A DNA stretch of 64,000 nt from Clostridia bacterium (GCA_017558825.1 JAFYTO010000009.1:5617-69616); one strand, 5' to 3'. Shown: positions 17,524 to 28,116, counted from the first letter of the stretch. Notes: generated from the letters alone by a model not told the origin. Numbers and translations: made by a program.

Positions 17524-18597
17524 TTATTTGTGTTCCATTTCAAATTTTTTCATAAATTCAATAAGCGCTTTAACGCCTTCAACAGGCATTGCATTGTAAA
17601 TACTTGCACGCATACCGCCAACTAAACGGTGGCCTTTAAGTGAAACTAAGCCGTTTTTAGTTGCCTCTTTTACAAATTCAGCATCAAGTTCTTCACTGCC
17701 AGTTACAAAAGGCACGTTCATTATAGAACGGTCATTTTTGTTAACGCTGTTTGTGTAAAGAGAAGAGTTGTCAATAAAGTCGTATAAAAGCCCGGCTTTA
17801 TATTCGTTAATTTTTTGAATTTCTTTAATACCGCCCAATTTTTTAAGCCATCTAAATACGAGCATTGATATGTACATAGGGAAGCATGGCGGAGTGTTAT
17901 ACAAACTGTCGTTTTTATCTTGAATAGCGTAGTTAAGCATAGTAGGGCAAATGTCTAATTGTTTGCCTAAAAGTTCACGCTTTGCAATAACTATTGTAAC
18001 GCCTGCAGGAGCAATATTTTTTTGTGCACCAGCGTAAATTAAGCCAAAGTCGTTAACGTTTATTTCTTCACTTAAAATGTTTGAAGACATATCTGCAACA
18101 AGTGGAGCGCTAGTTTTAGGGAATTTTGTGTAGCGCGTACCAAAAATAGTGTTGTTTGACGTTATGTGAACGTAAGAAGCGTCTTTTGAAAATTCTACGC
18201 CGTCTAAATTAGGTATGTAAGTATAGTTTTTGTCTTTTGAAGATGCAACTATATTAGCAACGCCGTATTTTGCGCCCTCTTCTTGTGCTTTTTTAGCAAA
18301 GTTGCCAGTAACAATGTAGTCGGCAACGCCAGTAGTCATAAGGTTTAACGGAACGGATGCAAATTGTTGTGACGCACCGCCTTGAACAAATAAAACGGCA
18401 TAATCATCGCCAATATTTAAAAGTTCTCTAAGTAAAGCGTTTGCCTCATCGTTAACAGCCATAAACGTTTTTGACCTATGGCTCATTTCGGCAATGCTCA
18501 TACCGCTACCGTTATAGTCTAATAAATCTTTTTGTGCTTCTTGTAAAACTTCAAGTGGTAAAATTGAAGGACCTGCTGCAAAGTTAAAAACTCTCAT
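17524..18597 (-). CDS. serC: Phosphoserine aminotransferase
   Basis: 357-aa ORF. MRVFNFAAGPSILPLEVLQEAQ and AGAQKNIAPAGVTIVI (PLP lysine region) are typical of SerC. SD AGGAAA. Confidence 0.92.
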   Translation of the reverse strand: MRVFNFAAGPSILPLEVLQEAQKDLLDYNGSGMSIAEMSHRSKTFMAVNDEANALLRELLNIGDDYAVLFVQGGASQQFASVPLNLMTTGVADYIVTGNFAKKAQEEGAKYGVANIVASSKDKNYTYIPNLDGVEFSKDASYVHITSNNTIFGTRYTKFPKTSAPLVADMSSNILSEEINVNDFGLIYAGAQKNIAPAGVTIVIAKRELLGKQLDICPTMLNYAIQDKNDSLYNTPPCFPMYISMLVFRWLKKLGGIKEIQKINEYKAGLLYDFIDNSSLYTNSVNKNDRSIMNVPFVTGSEELDAEFVKEATKNGLVSLKGHRLVGGMRASIYNAMPVEGVKALIEFMKKFEMEHK

Positions 18598-18710
18598 AAT
18601 TTTTCCTACTTTTAAAAAATTGTTTTAATCATTATACTACTTTGAATTGCAAAATACAAACTTTTTACCGCCGTTTTTTGAAATATATTCATTTTTTTAT
18701 AAATTTTATA

Positions 18711-18742
18711 AAAAAAATTGCACCACTTTTAAGGTGGTGCAA
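18711..18742 (-). terminator. Terminator of the glutamine synthetase gene
   Basis: Stem TTGCACCAC / GTGGTGCAA (18718-18726 / 18734-18742). The minus strand has a T-run (plus-strand A7 at 18711-18717). Confidence 0.75.
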
Positions 18743-18762
18743 CTAAATTTTTAGATTTTTAA

Positions 18763-20841
18763 TTATTTAACGCTAAAAAGCAACTTGCCGTAAGAAGGGT
18801 ATGGCCAGCACGCTTCTGCAGTGTTAATTTCGGCAAGGTCTGCACATTTTCTAAGTTCACGCATGCACTTTAACACTTTTTTGTTCATAAAGAACGCAAG
18901 GTCACGCTTGTCTAAGATTGTTGAAGATTTTCCTACAAGAGAGCATAATTCTTCTGCGTTATTATATACGCAAGCGCCAAGAGAAGAAAGTGTTTTTATT
19001 AAGTCTTCATCTTTAGAATAATCTGCGCCAACTTCTTTTTTAATCTTAACTGCTTTTGCAAGTTTAGTAATGTACTCGTTTATTGCAGGGTAGATTTGTT
19101 TTTTAGCCATTTCTACCATTGTAAGAGCTTCAATGTTAATTATGCGTGAATATTTATCAAACATAATTTGTTGCCTTGCAGTAAGTTCGCTAAGTGATAA
19201 AACACGGTGCTTAGTAAACAATTCAACGTTTTTATCACTGAGTAACGTGTCAACGGCTTCAGGAGTAGTTGAAAGGTTTAATAGGCCGCGACTTTTTGCT
19301 TCCTTAACCCATTCTTTAGAGTAGTTGTTGCCGTTAAATATGATGCGTTTGTGAGTTTTAATAGTGTCCACTACAATGTCGTGTATTGCTTGAGGCAAAT
19401 CTTTTGCATCTTTTAAAATTTCAACAAAAGTAGCAAGGCTTTCAGCAACGGCTGTGTTTAACGTTGTATTGCAGTCGGCAATACTATCGTTAGAGCCAAC
19501 CATTCTAAACTCAAACTTGTTACCTGTAAATGCAAGTGGAGAAGTTCTATTTCTATCAGTTGCATCTTTAGGAAGAGTAGGTAATATTTTAGAACCAAAC
19601 TTCATAAACTTTTTGTCAATTTTGTATGAAGCGTTGTTTTCAATAGCGTCAAGTGCTTGAGATAAATCATCGCCAAGATACATAGAAATAATGGCAGGTG
19701 GAGCTTCGCTTGAGCCTAAACGATGGTCGTTGCCAGCTGAAGCAACAGAAGCGCGTAAAATATCTTGATAATTATCAACCGCTTTAATTACAGCAGACAA
19801 GAAAATTAAGAACTGCAAGTTTTCAACAGGGGTTTCGCCTGGGTCTAATAAATTTACGCCAGTATCTGTTGAAAGTGACCAGTTGTTATGTTTACCGCTA
19901 CCGTTAACGCCTTCAAAAGGTTTTTCAGCAAGTAAACACACCAAGTTATGCTTGTCTGCAATTTTTTTCATAAGTTCCATCGTAATTTGGTTATTGTCTG
20001 TTGCGATGTTAACTTTTCTATAAACTGAAGCAAGTTCGTGTTGGCTTGGAGCAGTTTCGTTGTGTTCGGTTTTAGCAGGAATACCTAACTTCCAAAGTTC
20101 AACGTCAAGGTCTTCCATAAACGCTTTAACGCGAGGCTTAATTGCGCCAAAATAATGGTCGTCAAGTTCTTGACCTTTTGGAGGTTTAGCACCAAAAAGA
20201 GTTCTTCCGCTGTAAACAAGGTCAGGGCGCTTGCCAGCCATTTCTTTGTCTATTAAAAAGTATTCTTGTTCAGCGCCAACTGTAACCATAACGTTCTTAA
20301 CGTCATCATTACCTAAAATTTTTAAAATTTTAAGCGCTTGTTTATTAAGTGCTTCCGAAGAGCGTAAAAGCGGAGTTTTTTCATCTAAAGCCTCACCGCT
20401 ATAAGAGCAGAACGCCGTTGGAATGCAAAGCGTATTATCCTTAATAAAAGCGTAAGAAGTAGGGTCCCAAGCCGTGTAACCGCGCGCTTCAAAAGTTGCG
20501 CGAATACCGCCGTTTGGAAAAGATGAAGCGTCAGGCTCGCCCTTAATAAGTTCCTTACCGCTAAATTCCATAATGGCTTTTCCGCCTTTTGGCGAAATGA
20601 AACTGTCGTGCTTTTCTGCCGTTACGCCCGTCATTGGCTGAAACCAGTGCGTAAAGTGTGTTGCGCCTTTTTCAATGGCCCAATTCTTCATAGCATCTGC
20701 AACGGCTTGTGCAACCGTAATGTCAAGTTGTTCACCGTTTTCAAGCGTCTTTTCAAGCGAAGCATAAATGTCACTTGGAAGTAACTTTTTCATAACTTCT
20801 TCATTAAAAAGGTTTTCGGCATAAAATTCAGGAATATACAT
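18763..20841 (-). CDS. glnN: Glutamine synthetase, type III
   Basis: 692-aa ORF. The length and the N-terminal [12 protein letters not shown] region are typical of GSIII. SD GGGAGA. Confidence 0.88.
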   Translation of the reverse strand: MYIPEFYAENLFNEEVMKKLLPSDIYASLEKTLENGEQLDITVAQAVADAMKNWAIEKGATHFTHWFQPMTGVTAEKHDSFISPKGGKAIMEFSGKELIKGEPDASSFPNGGIRATFEARGYTAWDPTSYAFIKDNTLCIPTAFCSYSGEALDEKTPLLRSSEALNKQALKILKILGNDDVKNVMVTVGAEQEYFLIDKEMAGKRPDLVYSGRTLFGAKPPKGQELDDHYFGAIKPRVKAFMEDLDVELWKLGIPAKTEHNETAPSQHELASVYRKVNIATDNNQITMELMKKIADKHNLVCLLAEKPFEGVNGSGKHNNWSLSTDTGVNLLDPGETPVENLQFLIFLSAVIKAVDNYQDILRASVASAGNDHRLGSSEAPPAIISMYLGDDLSQALDAIENNASYKIDKKFMKFGSKILPTLPKDATDRNRTSPLAFTGNKFEFRMVGSNDSIADCNTTLNTAVAESLATFVEILKDAKDLPQAIHDIVVDTIKTHKRIIFNGNNYSKEWVKEAKSRGLLNLSTTPEAVDTLLSDKNVELFTKHRVLSLSELTARQQIMFDKYSRIINIEALTMVEMAKKQIYPAINEYITKLAKAVKIKKEVGADYSKDEDLIKTLSSLGACVYNNAEELCSLVGKSSTILDKRDLAFFMNKKVLKCMRELRKCADLAEINTAEACWPYPSYGKLLFSVK

Positions 20842-20923
20842 ATTAAATCTCCCTTTCAGTTTAGTAAAACGCCAAGTTGCGTAAAAAATAATATTTTATA
20901 TTATAAGAAAAACGGCGAAATTT

Positions 20924-20940
20924 TGTCAACTGTTTTGACC
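20924..20940. promoter_or_regulatory. GlnR/TnrA-like box overlapping the -35 of the glnN promoter
   Basis: TGTCA-N7-TGACC versus the consensus TGTNA-N7-TNACA (1 mismatch). On the minus strand its TTGACA half is the -35, followed 18 nt later by TATAAT. Confidence 0.45.
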
Positions 20941-21091
20941 TAATTTAATAATATTTAAACTATAATCTTTAAAAATAAGAACTTTTTAGGGTACTTTTTA
21001 ACATTTTTAAGCAAAAAAACAACTATTTTTGAAGCGTTAAAATTTGCAATTTTTTATCATTTTGTAGGGCTTAAAAACATATACTTTTTGT

Positions 21092-21781
21092 ATGAATTTA
21101 ACGTTAAAAAAACAGGCTATAATTTTTACAATAATATCAATTTTTTTATCACTTATTACGCTTGCCGTTCCAGCAGTTTACGCTCATAAAAACGTCAGTT
21201 ATAAAATTGTAATTGACGCGGGTCACGGCGGTATAGACAAGGGTGCAGTCGGCTCTACAACAGGCGTTTATGAAAGCGAGTTAAACTTAGATATAGCAAA
21301 AAAACTTCAAACTTTGTTTGAAGAAATTGGATTTTTCGTTGTTATGACGCGTGACGGCGACTACGGTTTATACGGCGACACAAGCAAAGGGTTTAAAAAG
21401 CGTGACCTTGAAAAACGCGTTGAAATTATAAACAAAAACGACCCCTCTGTTTTTGTTTCAATTCACTTAAACAAATACTCCTCTCCATCACGGCGTGGAG
21501 CCCAAGTTTTTTTTAAAGATGATAGCTACGACAGCGACAGGCTTGCACTATGCGTTCAAAACGAGTTTAACAATTCTCCAGACTGCGTTAAAAAAAGTAA
21601 TGCGCTTAAAGGCGATTATTATCTTTTGAATATGGCTAAATGTACGTCTATTATTGTAGAGTGCGGTTTTTTGTCTAGCCCACAAGATGAAAAACTATTG
21701 CTAAATGAAGAATATAGGCAAAAAGTGGCAAAAAACGTGTTTGAAGGCACGTTAAAATACCTTAAGCGTGACAACTTATAA
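21092..21781 (+). CDS. cwlD: N-acetylmuramoyl-L-alanine amidase, CwlD-like (germination-specific)
   Basis: 229-aa ORF with an N-terminal TM/signal segment and Amidase_3 motifs IDAGHGGIDKGAVG and ELNLDIAKKL. Confidence 0.8.
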   Translation: MNLTLKKQAIIFTIISIFLSLITLAVPAVYAHKNVSYKIVIDAGHGGIDKGAVGSTTGVYESELNLDIAKKLQTLFEEIGFFVVMTRDGDYGLYGDTSKGFKKRDLEKRVEIINKNDPSVFVSIHLNKYSSPSRRGAQVFFKDDSYDSDRLALCVQNEFNNSPDCVKKSNALKGDYYLLNMAKCTSIIVECGFLSSPQDEKLLLNEEYRQKVAKNVFEGTLKYLKRDNL

Positions 21782-21821
21782 AAAATAGCCAAAAAAATAC
21801 GCCTAAACCCTTTTATTGTTC

Positions 21822-21850
21822 TTGAAATATTAGTTTAAGTATGTTATAAT
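21822..21850 (+). promoter_or_regulatory. Predicted sigma-A promoter for the mrnC-rlmB-sigH block
   Basis: TTGAAA (21822-21827), a 17-nt spacer, then an extended -10 TGtTATAAT (hexamer 21845-21850). Confidence 0.55.
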
Positions 21851-21880
21851 AAACAAAACATATAGCGGTTTTGGGTAAAA

Positions 21881-22285
21881 ATGATAGATTTAGAAAACGT
21901 TTTAAGTAAAAATTCAGCATTGCAATTAAGTTCAGTAACGCTTGCTTTTATAGGCGATGCCGTGCATTCGCTTTACGTTCGCAAAAACTTGGTTTTTGAA
22001 AAGGATGAAAAGGGCGCTGTACTTAACAAAAAGGCAAGTGATATTGTTAGGGCTTCGGCTCAGGCTGATTTTATAGACAAAATTTTGCCAATTTTAAACG
22101 AGGAAGAGGTTGAGGTTTATAAGCGTGCTCGCAACACAAAAAAAGGCACTCGAGCAAAGAACGCAACCGTAGGCGAATATAACAAGGCAACGGGTTTTGA
22201 AGCTCTAGTTGGCTTTTTATATTTAACTGGGCAAAAAGAAAGATTAAACTACTTATTAAGTTACGGAGAAAATGATGAAAATTGA
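21881..22285 (+). CDS. mrnC: Mini-ribonuclease 3
   Basis: 134-aa ORF with LAFIGDAVHSLYVR and GFEALVGFLYL motifs. It shows the conserved Bacillus-type synteny mrnC-rlmB-sigH. Confidence 0.85.
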   Translation: MIDLENVLSKNSALQLSSVTLAFIGDAVHSLYVRKNLVFEKDEKGAVLNKKASDIVRASAQADFIDKILPILNEEEVEVYKRARNTKKGTRAKNATVGEYNKATGFEALVGFLYLTGQKERLNYLLSYGENDEN

Positions 22286-23000
22286 AGGTAAGAACGCCGT
22301 TTTAGAACTTTTAAAAACGGACAAGACTATAGATAAAATTTTAGTGCAAAACGGCATGCGTGACGAGGGTTCACGCACACTTGTTAAAGAGGCTATTAAG
22401 GTTGGTGCAAAAGTTCAATACGTTGAAAAGCCGATACTTGATAAAGAGTCTCCATCTCGCCGTCATCAAGGCTTTATAGCATTTGTTTCAGACTATGAAT
22501 ATGCTGATTTTGACGACTTATTAAGCGTTTTAAAGGACAAGCCAAAGGCTACTGTTTTAGTGTTAGACGGTATTGAAGATCCGCACAATTTAGGTAGTAT
22601 TATAAGGGTTGGCGAATGTTCTGGTGCAGACGCAATCATTATAGGCAAAAGGCGCAGTGCGCAAGTTAGTGAAACGGTTATGAGAATTTCTGCAGGCAGT
22701 GCAAATCATATTGCAGTTAGCCGTGTAACGAACATAAACGTGGCAATAGATAAATTAAAAGATGCAGGCTTATGGGTTTACGGTTTAGAAGTGGGCGGAA
22801 GTGACCTTTATAAGACCGATTTAACAGGTAAAATTGCAATTGTTGTTGGCGGTGAAGATACTGGCGTTAACAGGCTTACCAAGGAGAAGTGTGACGCTAT
22901 AATTAGTATTCCTATGTTTGGCAAAGTAAACTCGCTTAACGCTTCGGTTGCTTGTTCGGTTGCAGTTTTTGAAAGCGTGCGCCAAAACTTAAACAAATAG
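22272..23000 (+). CDS. rlmB: 23S rRNA 2'-O-methyltransferase, TrmH/RlmB family
   Basis: 242-aa ORF with SpoU-type motifs LDGIEDPHNLGSIIR and SLNASVACSV. Confidence 0.85.
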   Translation: MMKIEGKNAVLELLKTDKTIDKILVQNGMRDEGSRTLVKEAIKVGAKVQYVEKPILDKESPSRRHQGFIAFVSDYEYADFDDLLSVLKDKPKATVLVLDGIEDPHNLGSIIRVGECSGADAIIIGKRRSAQVSETVMRISAGSANHIAVSRVTNINVAIDKLKDAGLWVYGLEVGGSDLYKTDLTGKIAIVVGGEDTGVNRLTKEKCDAIISIPMFGKVNSLNASVACSVAVFESVRQNLNK

Positions 23001-23009
23001 GAAATTACA

Positions 23010-23570
23010 ATGAAAAATTTAACTGATGAAGAGTTGGTTGCTAGTTATAAAAACGGCAATGCTCTTGCGTTTGATGAAATTTACAATAGATATAAAAGCG
23101 TTGTAAAATATTATTGCAGAAACCTATTTTTAATAGGTGCGGAAAGTGAAGATATTATGCAAGAGGGAATGCTTGGGTTGTTTAGTGCCGTAAGTTCATA
23201 TACCGAAGGGCAAAGTTCATTTTCAACCTATGCTACCGTTTGCATAAGAAACAAATTGATTTCTGCAGTTAAAAAATATTCAAGCAGTAAAAACAGCGTT
23301 TTAAACAACACTATTTCAACAGATTTGCTTGACGGGCTTGAAATTAAGGGCAACACTCCTGAAGATTTTGTATTGTTTAAGGAAAGAGGAAAAGAGTTAA
23401 AAAGTAAACTTGCGGAAAAGTTATCTAAAACGGAAATACAAGTTTTAAAACTTTTTTTACAAGGTCTTTCCTACGTTGAAATTGCTGAAAAAGCTAATAT
23501 GAAAGAAAAAAGCGTAGATAATGCGCTAACAAGGGTAAGAAAAAAAATAATTAAATTTATTGGGGAATAA
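23010..23570 (+). CDS. sigH: RNA polymerase sigma factor SigH
   Basis: 186-aa ORF. FLIGAESEDIMQEGMLGLFSAV matches region 2 of Bacillus SigH. It has a C-terminal HTH and sits after rlmB. Confidence 0.8.
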   Translation: MKNLTDEELVASYKNGNALAFDEIYNRYKSVVKYYCRNLFLIGAESEDIMQEGMLGLFSAVSSYTEGQSSFSTYATVCIRNKLISAVKKYSSSKNSVLNNTISTDLLDGLEIKGNTPEDFVLFKERGKELKSKLAEKLSKTEIQVLKLFLQGLSYVEIAEKANMKEKSVDNALTRVRKKIIKFIGE

Positions 23571-23571
23571 T

Positions 23572-25242
23572 ATGTCTTATTTATCTCTTTACAGGCGTTT
23601 TAGACCAACTTCTTTTGATAAAGTTATTGGGCAAGACGCTATTGTAAAAACGCTCCAAAATCAAATAACTGCAAATAGAATAGGTCACGCCTATTTATTC
23701 ACGGGTGCGCGCGGCACGGGCAAAACAACCGTTGCTAAAATTTTTGCAAAGGCAGTTAACTGTCTTAATTCAGTAAACGGCTCGCCTTGTGGCGAATGTT
23801 TGGCGTGCAAGTCTTTATTAGACCCGTCTAATATTGACGTAATTGAAATGGACGCAGCTTCTAACAACAAAGTAGAAAACGTTCGTGAAATTAGGGAAAA
23901 CGTTCAATACCCACCTGTAAACGTTAAGTTTAAGGTGTATATTATTGACGAAGTTCATATGCTTACTAGCGAAGCGTTCAACGCATTATTAAAAACGCTT
24001 GAAGAGCCTCCAAAGCACGCAATTTTTATTTTGGCTACAACAGAGCCACACAAAATTCCTGCAACTATTCTTTCTAGGTGTATGCGCTTTGATTTTAGGC
24101 TTGTTTCAACAAAAACTATTGCAAGCTTAATAAAAGGCGTTTACGATGAAATTCAAAAAAAATACACTGAAGAAGCCGTTATGGCAATAGCAAAAGCTGG
24201 CGAAGGTAGCGTTAGAGATGCGCTTTCCGTTGCCGATTTATGCGTTTCAGTTGGTGGAAACAATTTGACTTATAATGACGTTATTACCGTTTTGGGAGCA
24301 ACTGATAGTGATAAAATAGACAGTTTGGTTTCCTCAATGTTAAAAGGGAACGCTAGCGAAGTTTTACGTTTAGCGGAAGAACTTTACTTTTTAGGTAAGT
24401 CTATTGCCGTTTTGTCTAAAGATATTATTAACTATTTGCGTGATTTGCTAGTTGTTAAAATGTGCGCCGGCAGTAAAGATATTTTGGCGTTACCTCAAGA
24501 AAAATTAGAGATATACAAAAATACCGCATCACTTTGTGATGAGCATAGAATTTTGCGTATATTAGAAATAATGTCGCAAATAGAAAGTCAACTTCGTTAT
24601 TCTAACCAACCGCGTGCGGTGTTTGAAACGGCGCTTATTAAGTCGGCACTTCCACAAAACGATTATAATATTGACGCGTTACTTGCAAGGGTAAAAGCGC
24701 TTGAAGAAAAACTTTCCACATTGGAAAGCGGTTCGTTAAAAATTCAGCCTATCGTAGAGCCTAAAGAAAAGGTGGAAGTTAAAGTAACTGAACCGAAAAT
24801 TACAGTAGAGGAACCAAAACCTATAATAGTAGAGCCTAAAGTAGAAATGGCAGAGCCTATTAAAGCGGAGGTTGTGGAGCCTAAGTTAGTGCAAGAAGAA
24901 GTTAAAATTGTTGTAGAAAAGGTTGAGAGCGTAAAGCCTAATTTAGATGGTAAGCGCATATTTGGAATGATAGTAAGGCGTTTAAGAACTATTCCTAACT
25001 GCACTATTTTATGGGTTGCGCTTCAAGAAATGAGCGCTTCTGTAAACGGCTCAACTCTTTATATCAATGCAAGTGAGGGTGCTGAATATTCGCTTGTATC
25101 AAAGAGTGAAAATTTAGCAATACTTTGCGAAATTGCAAAAGAGTTTGGAATTGAAGATATAAAAGTGGTTACAAACGGTGCTCAAGAAAACGGAGTAGAA
25201 GAAGTAAAGAACTTTTTTGGCTCAACTTTAATAAATAAATAA
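23572..25242 (+). CDS. dnaX: DNA polymerase III subunit gamma/tau
   Basis: Walker A GARGTGKTT, zinc module CGECLACKS and the DEVHML box. The C-terminal EPK-rich linker is low complexity. Start is ATG 23572, or 23560. Confidence 0.93.
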   Translation: MSYLSLYRRFRPTSFDKVIGQDAIVKTLQNQITANRIGHAYLFTGARGTGKTTVAKIFAKAVNCLNSVNGSPCGECLACKSLLDPSNIDVIEMDAASNNKVENVREIRENVQYPPVNVKFKVYIIDEVHMLTSEAFNALLKTLEEPPKHAIFILATTEPHKIPATILSRCMRFDFRLVSTKTIASLIKGVYDEIQKKYTEEAVMAIAKAGEGSVRDALSVADLCVSVGGNNLTYNDVITVLGATDSDKIDSLVSSMLKGNASEVLRLAEELYFLGKSIAVLSKDIINYLRDLLVVKMCAGSKDILALPQEKLEIYKNTASLCDEHRILRILEIMSQIESQLRYSNQPRAVFETALIKSALPQNDYNIDALLARVKALEEKLSTLESGSLKIQPIVEPKEKVEVKVTEPKITVEEPKPIIVEPKVEMAEPIKAEVVEPKLVQEEVKIVVEKVESVKPNLDGKRIFGMIVRRLRTIPNCTILWVALQEMSASVNGSTLYINASEGAEYSLVSKSENLAILCEIAKEFGIEDIKVVTNGAQENGVEEVKNFFGSTLINK

Positions 25243-25294
25243 TAACGGCAAATTTTTGTCGGCTTATCATAGTAGATAAAAGGAGATAATTATT

Positions 25295-25636
25295 ATGGCA
25301 GGATTTAAAGGCGGTTTCGGTGGCTTTGGTGGCGGAAACCAAATGCAACAACTTATGAAACAAGCTCAAAAAATGCAACAAGATATGCAAAAAGCTCAAG
25401 AGGAACTTGAAGAGGCGGAAGTAGAAGGCGTTTCGGCTAGCGGTCTTGTAAAAGTTACGATGAACGGAAAAAAAGTTCTTCAATCTATTAAAATAGACCC
25501 AAATGCAGTTGATGCAGACGATATTGAAATGCTTGAAGACCTTATTATTGTTGCTGTTAACGATGCGTACGGCAAGGCGGACGAATTATACAAAAAGAAA
25601 ATGGGTCCTCTTGGCGGAGCGGGAGGCTTATTCTAA
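25295..25636 (+). CDS. ybaB: Nucleoid-associated protein YbaB/EbfC
   Basis: 113-aa ORF with a QQMQKMQ-rich N-terminus and conserved dnaX-ybaB-recR synteny. Confidence 0.9.
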   Translation: MAGFKGGFGGFGGGNQMQQLMKQAQKMQQDMQKAQEELEEAEVEGVSASGLVKVTMNGKKVLQSIKIDPNAVDADDIEMLEDLIIVAVNDAYGKADELYKKKMGPLGGAGGLF

Positions 25637-25639
25637 TAT

Positions 25640-26233
25640 ATGGGTATGTTTATAGAGCCTATAGGCAAACTTATAAACGAATTTACAAAACTTCAAGGCG
25701 TTGGCGCAAAAACTGCACAACGCTTTGCGTATGAAATAATAAATATGTCTAAAGAAGAGGCGGAAGAGTTTGCAAAAAGCATTATTGATTGCAAAACTAA
25801 AATTCGCTATTGCAAAACTTGCGGAAATTATACCGACCAAGACGAGTGTGATATTTGCAAAAATCGCTCGCACGAGGTTATTTGCGTTGTAAAAGAGCCT
25901 AAAGACGTATTGGCAATGGAAAAAATACACGAGTTTAGCGGAGTGTATCACGTTTTGCACGGAACTTTACGCCCAAGCGAAAACGTTGGACCTAAAGATA
26001 TTGATATTCAAGGTTTAGTTGAGCGCATAAAAAAAGACGGTGTTAAAGAAGTTATTATGGCAACCAACCCAGACTATGACGGTGAAATTACCGCAATGTA
26101 CGTTTCAAGCGTAGTTAAGCCGTTAAACGTAAAGGTTACAAGGCTTGCGCACGGTATTCCTATTGGTAGCGATATTGAGTATACTGATGAGGTTACCTTA
26201 ACGCGCGCTTTTGTAGATAGAAAGGAAATGTAA
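25640..26233 (+). CDS. recR: Recombination protein RecR
   Basis: 197-aa ORF with the helix-hairpin-helix LQGVGAKTAQRFAY, zinc finger CKTCGNYTDQDECDIC and a Toprim region. Confidence 0.93.
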   Translation: MGMFIEPIGKLINEFTKLQGVGAKTAQRFAYEIINMSKEEAEEFAKSIIDCKTKIRYCKTCGNYTDQDECDICKNRSHEVICVVKEPKDVLAMEKIHEFSGVYHVLHGTLRPSENVGPKDIDIQGLVERIKKDGVKEVIMATNPDYDGEITAMYVSSVVKPLNVKVTRLAHGIPIGSDIEYTDEVTLTRAFVDRKEM

Positions 26234-26934
26234 TGGAAAGACTTGATAAACTCTTTTCTTCCTCAGCAATTTTTACTAGAAAAGAATGTTTAATTGCCGT
26301 AAAAAAAGGTAGAATAACGGTAAACGGCTTAGTTTGCAAAAGTCCAAGCATTAAAGTAGACCATTTAAAAGACGTTATTTTACTTGATGGGAAAGCGCTT
26401 GAATTTAAAAAATTCGTCTATATTATGCTTAATAAGCCAAACGGTGTTGTCAGTGCTACGGAAGACGGTAATCAACCAACGGTTATAGACGTTTTGCCAA
26501 GCGATTTTAAGCGCGATGGATTGTTTCCTTGCGGTAGGCTTGATAAAGACACGGTCGGTCTTGTTATAATTACAAACGACGGTGTTTCCGCACATAAAAA
26601 ACTTGCTCCAAAATCTAAGACGGAAAAGGTTTATTATTTTGAAATTGCTGATGAAATTTTAGATGGACAAGCGGAGGAAATTGAGCGTGGCGTAACGCTT
26701 AAAGACGGGTACACCGTTAGCCCTTGCAAGTTAAAAATGCTTTCAAAAACAAGCGGATACATAACGCTTACGGAAGGAAAATATCACGAAATTAAGCGTA
26801 TTTTTGGCAGTTTAGGTAACAAAGTTACCTACTTAAAGCGCATATCTTTTGGCGGAATTGAACTTGACCCAAATTTAGAGGAAGGCAAAGCAAGGTATTT
26901 AACTAAGCAAGAAGAAGAACTTTTTACAAAATGA
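26233..26934 (+). CDS. rRNA pseudouridine synthase, RsuA/RluB family, with S4 domain
   Basis: 233-aa ORF with the catalytic GRLDKDTVGLVIITNDG motif and an N-terminal S4-like domain. Confidence 0.85.
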   Translation: MERLDKLFSSSAIFTRKECLIAVKKGRITVNGLVCKSPSIKVDHLKDVILLDGKALEFKKFVYIMLNKPNGVVSATEDGNQPTVIDVLPSDFKRDGLFPCGRLDKDTVGLVIITNDGVSAHKKLAPKSKTEKVYYFEIADEILDGQAEEIERGVTLKDGYTVSPCKLKMLSKTSGYITLTEGKYHEIKRIFGSLGNKVTYLKRISFGGIELDPNLEEGKARYLTKQEEELFTK

Positions 26935-28046
26935 ACACGGAAATTACAAGTGCAATAAACAGTTTAATAAACGATTTAAAAATACCGTCGCTAGGCGTAG
27001 AAATTACTAAAAACGGAAATAGCGTTTTTAGTGGTTACTATGGATATTATGACGATAAAAAAACGCAGCCGCTAGACGATAGTGCGCTGTATTTTTTGTA
27101 TTCCCTTTCTAAAGTTATAACCGTTGGTGCAGCTTATCAATTAGTTGAAAAGGGGCTACTTAGCCTTGAAGATAAAGTTAGTAAGTATATTCCTGCGTTT
27201 AAAGACTGTTTTTATTTAAAAGACGGGCAAAAGGTTAGCGTAACTAATGAAATAACTATAAAGCATTTGTTTACAATGACAGCAGGTTTTGGCTACACTA
27301 ACGCACAAGATAATTACTTTAAGCAAGTTATTAAAAATAAGGAGTTAACCACTTTTGAAGTGGTGTCTGCACTCGCAAAAACGCCCTTATTTTTTGAACC
27401 GGGCTATACTTACCGCTACGGTTTAAACCACGATATTTTAGCCTGCGTTATTGAAGTTGTTAGCGGTTTAGATTTTAACACTTATTTAACAAAAAACATA
27501 TTTGAGCCACTTGAAATGTTTGAAACTTGCGTTGTTAAAAACGGCGCTTTTGACGAAAATAAGATGGCAGAAAATTACGTTTTAAATAACGGCAACTACG
27601 TTAAAACTAAAAAAGTTCACGTTTTAACTTATACCAACAACTACCAAAGCGGAGGTGCGGGCATACTTTCTACTTGTAAAGATTTTTCAAAATTTGCGGC
27701 TGCACTTTCTCTTGGCGGAATAGGTAAAAACGGCAAAAGAATTTTAAGTGAAAACGGCGTAAAAGCGCTTTATACGCCTGCTTTAACGGAGTTTCAACAT
27801 AAAACCTTTACCTGCGCACAAGGCGACGGTTACACCTACGGTTTAGGCGTTAGAACGAGAATTGAGCCTACGCTTTATACACCGATAGGCGAATTCGGTT
27901 GGGACGGGGCAGGCGGTTGCTACACTTTTATAGACGCAAACAATAAACTTTCTTTAACAGTTACAACAAGCGTTTTAAATTGGCACCCAACTTATTGCAA
28001 GCTGTATGAAACTTTAAGAGAGTTAACTTATAAAATTTACAAATAA
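26931..28046 (+). CDS. Serine hydrolase, beta-lactamase/esterase family
   Basis: 371-aa ORF with the S-x-x-K motif (YSLSKV) in a class C beta-lactamase-like context. It overlaps the previous gene by ATGA. Confidence 0.7.
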   Translation: MNTEITSAINSLINDLKIPSLGVEITKNGNSVFSGYYGYYDDKKTQPLDDSALYFLYSLSKVITVGAAYQLVEKGLLSLEDKVSKYIPAFKDCFYLKDGQKVSVTNEITIKHLFTMTAGFGYTNAQDNYFKQVIKNKELTTFEVVSALAKTPLFFEPGYTYRYGLNHDILACVIEVVSGLDFNTYLTKNIFEPLEMFETCVVKNGAFDENKMAENYVLNNGNYVKTKKVHVLTYTNNYQSGGAGILSTCKDFSKFAAALSLGGIGKNGKRILSENGVKALYTPALTEFQHKTFTCAQGDGYTYGLGVRTRIEPTLYTPIGEFGWDGAGGCYTFIDANNKLSLTVTTSVLNWHPTYCKLYETLRELTYKIYK

Positions 28047-28051
28047 AAAAA

Positions 28052-28070
28052 GGCGGAGATAAAGTCCGCC
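28052..28070 (-). terminator. Hairpin with a T-run on the minus strand (trpB terminator)
   Basis: Stem GGCGGA / TCCGCC. The plus-strand A7 upstream becomes the minus-strand T-run. Confidence 0.6.
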
Positions 28071-28089
28071 ACCATAAAGAAAATTAAAA

Positions 28090-28116
28090 GGAGCGATTTT
28101 ATCGCTCCTTTTTTTA
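28090..28116 (+). terminator. Rho-independent terminator of the serine hydrolase gene
   Basis: Stem GGAGCGAT / ATCGCTCC with loop TTT, followed by T9. Confidence 0.75.

Noticed and set aside
24700-24960. The EPK/VEPK-rich repeats in dnaX could be a programmed frameshift site or a coding repeat of interest.
   Set aside because: I see no slippery A-AAA-AAG-type heptamer followed by a stop in the -1 frame. It looks like an ordinary low-complexity tau linker.
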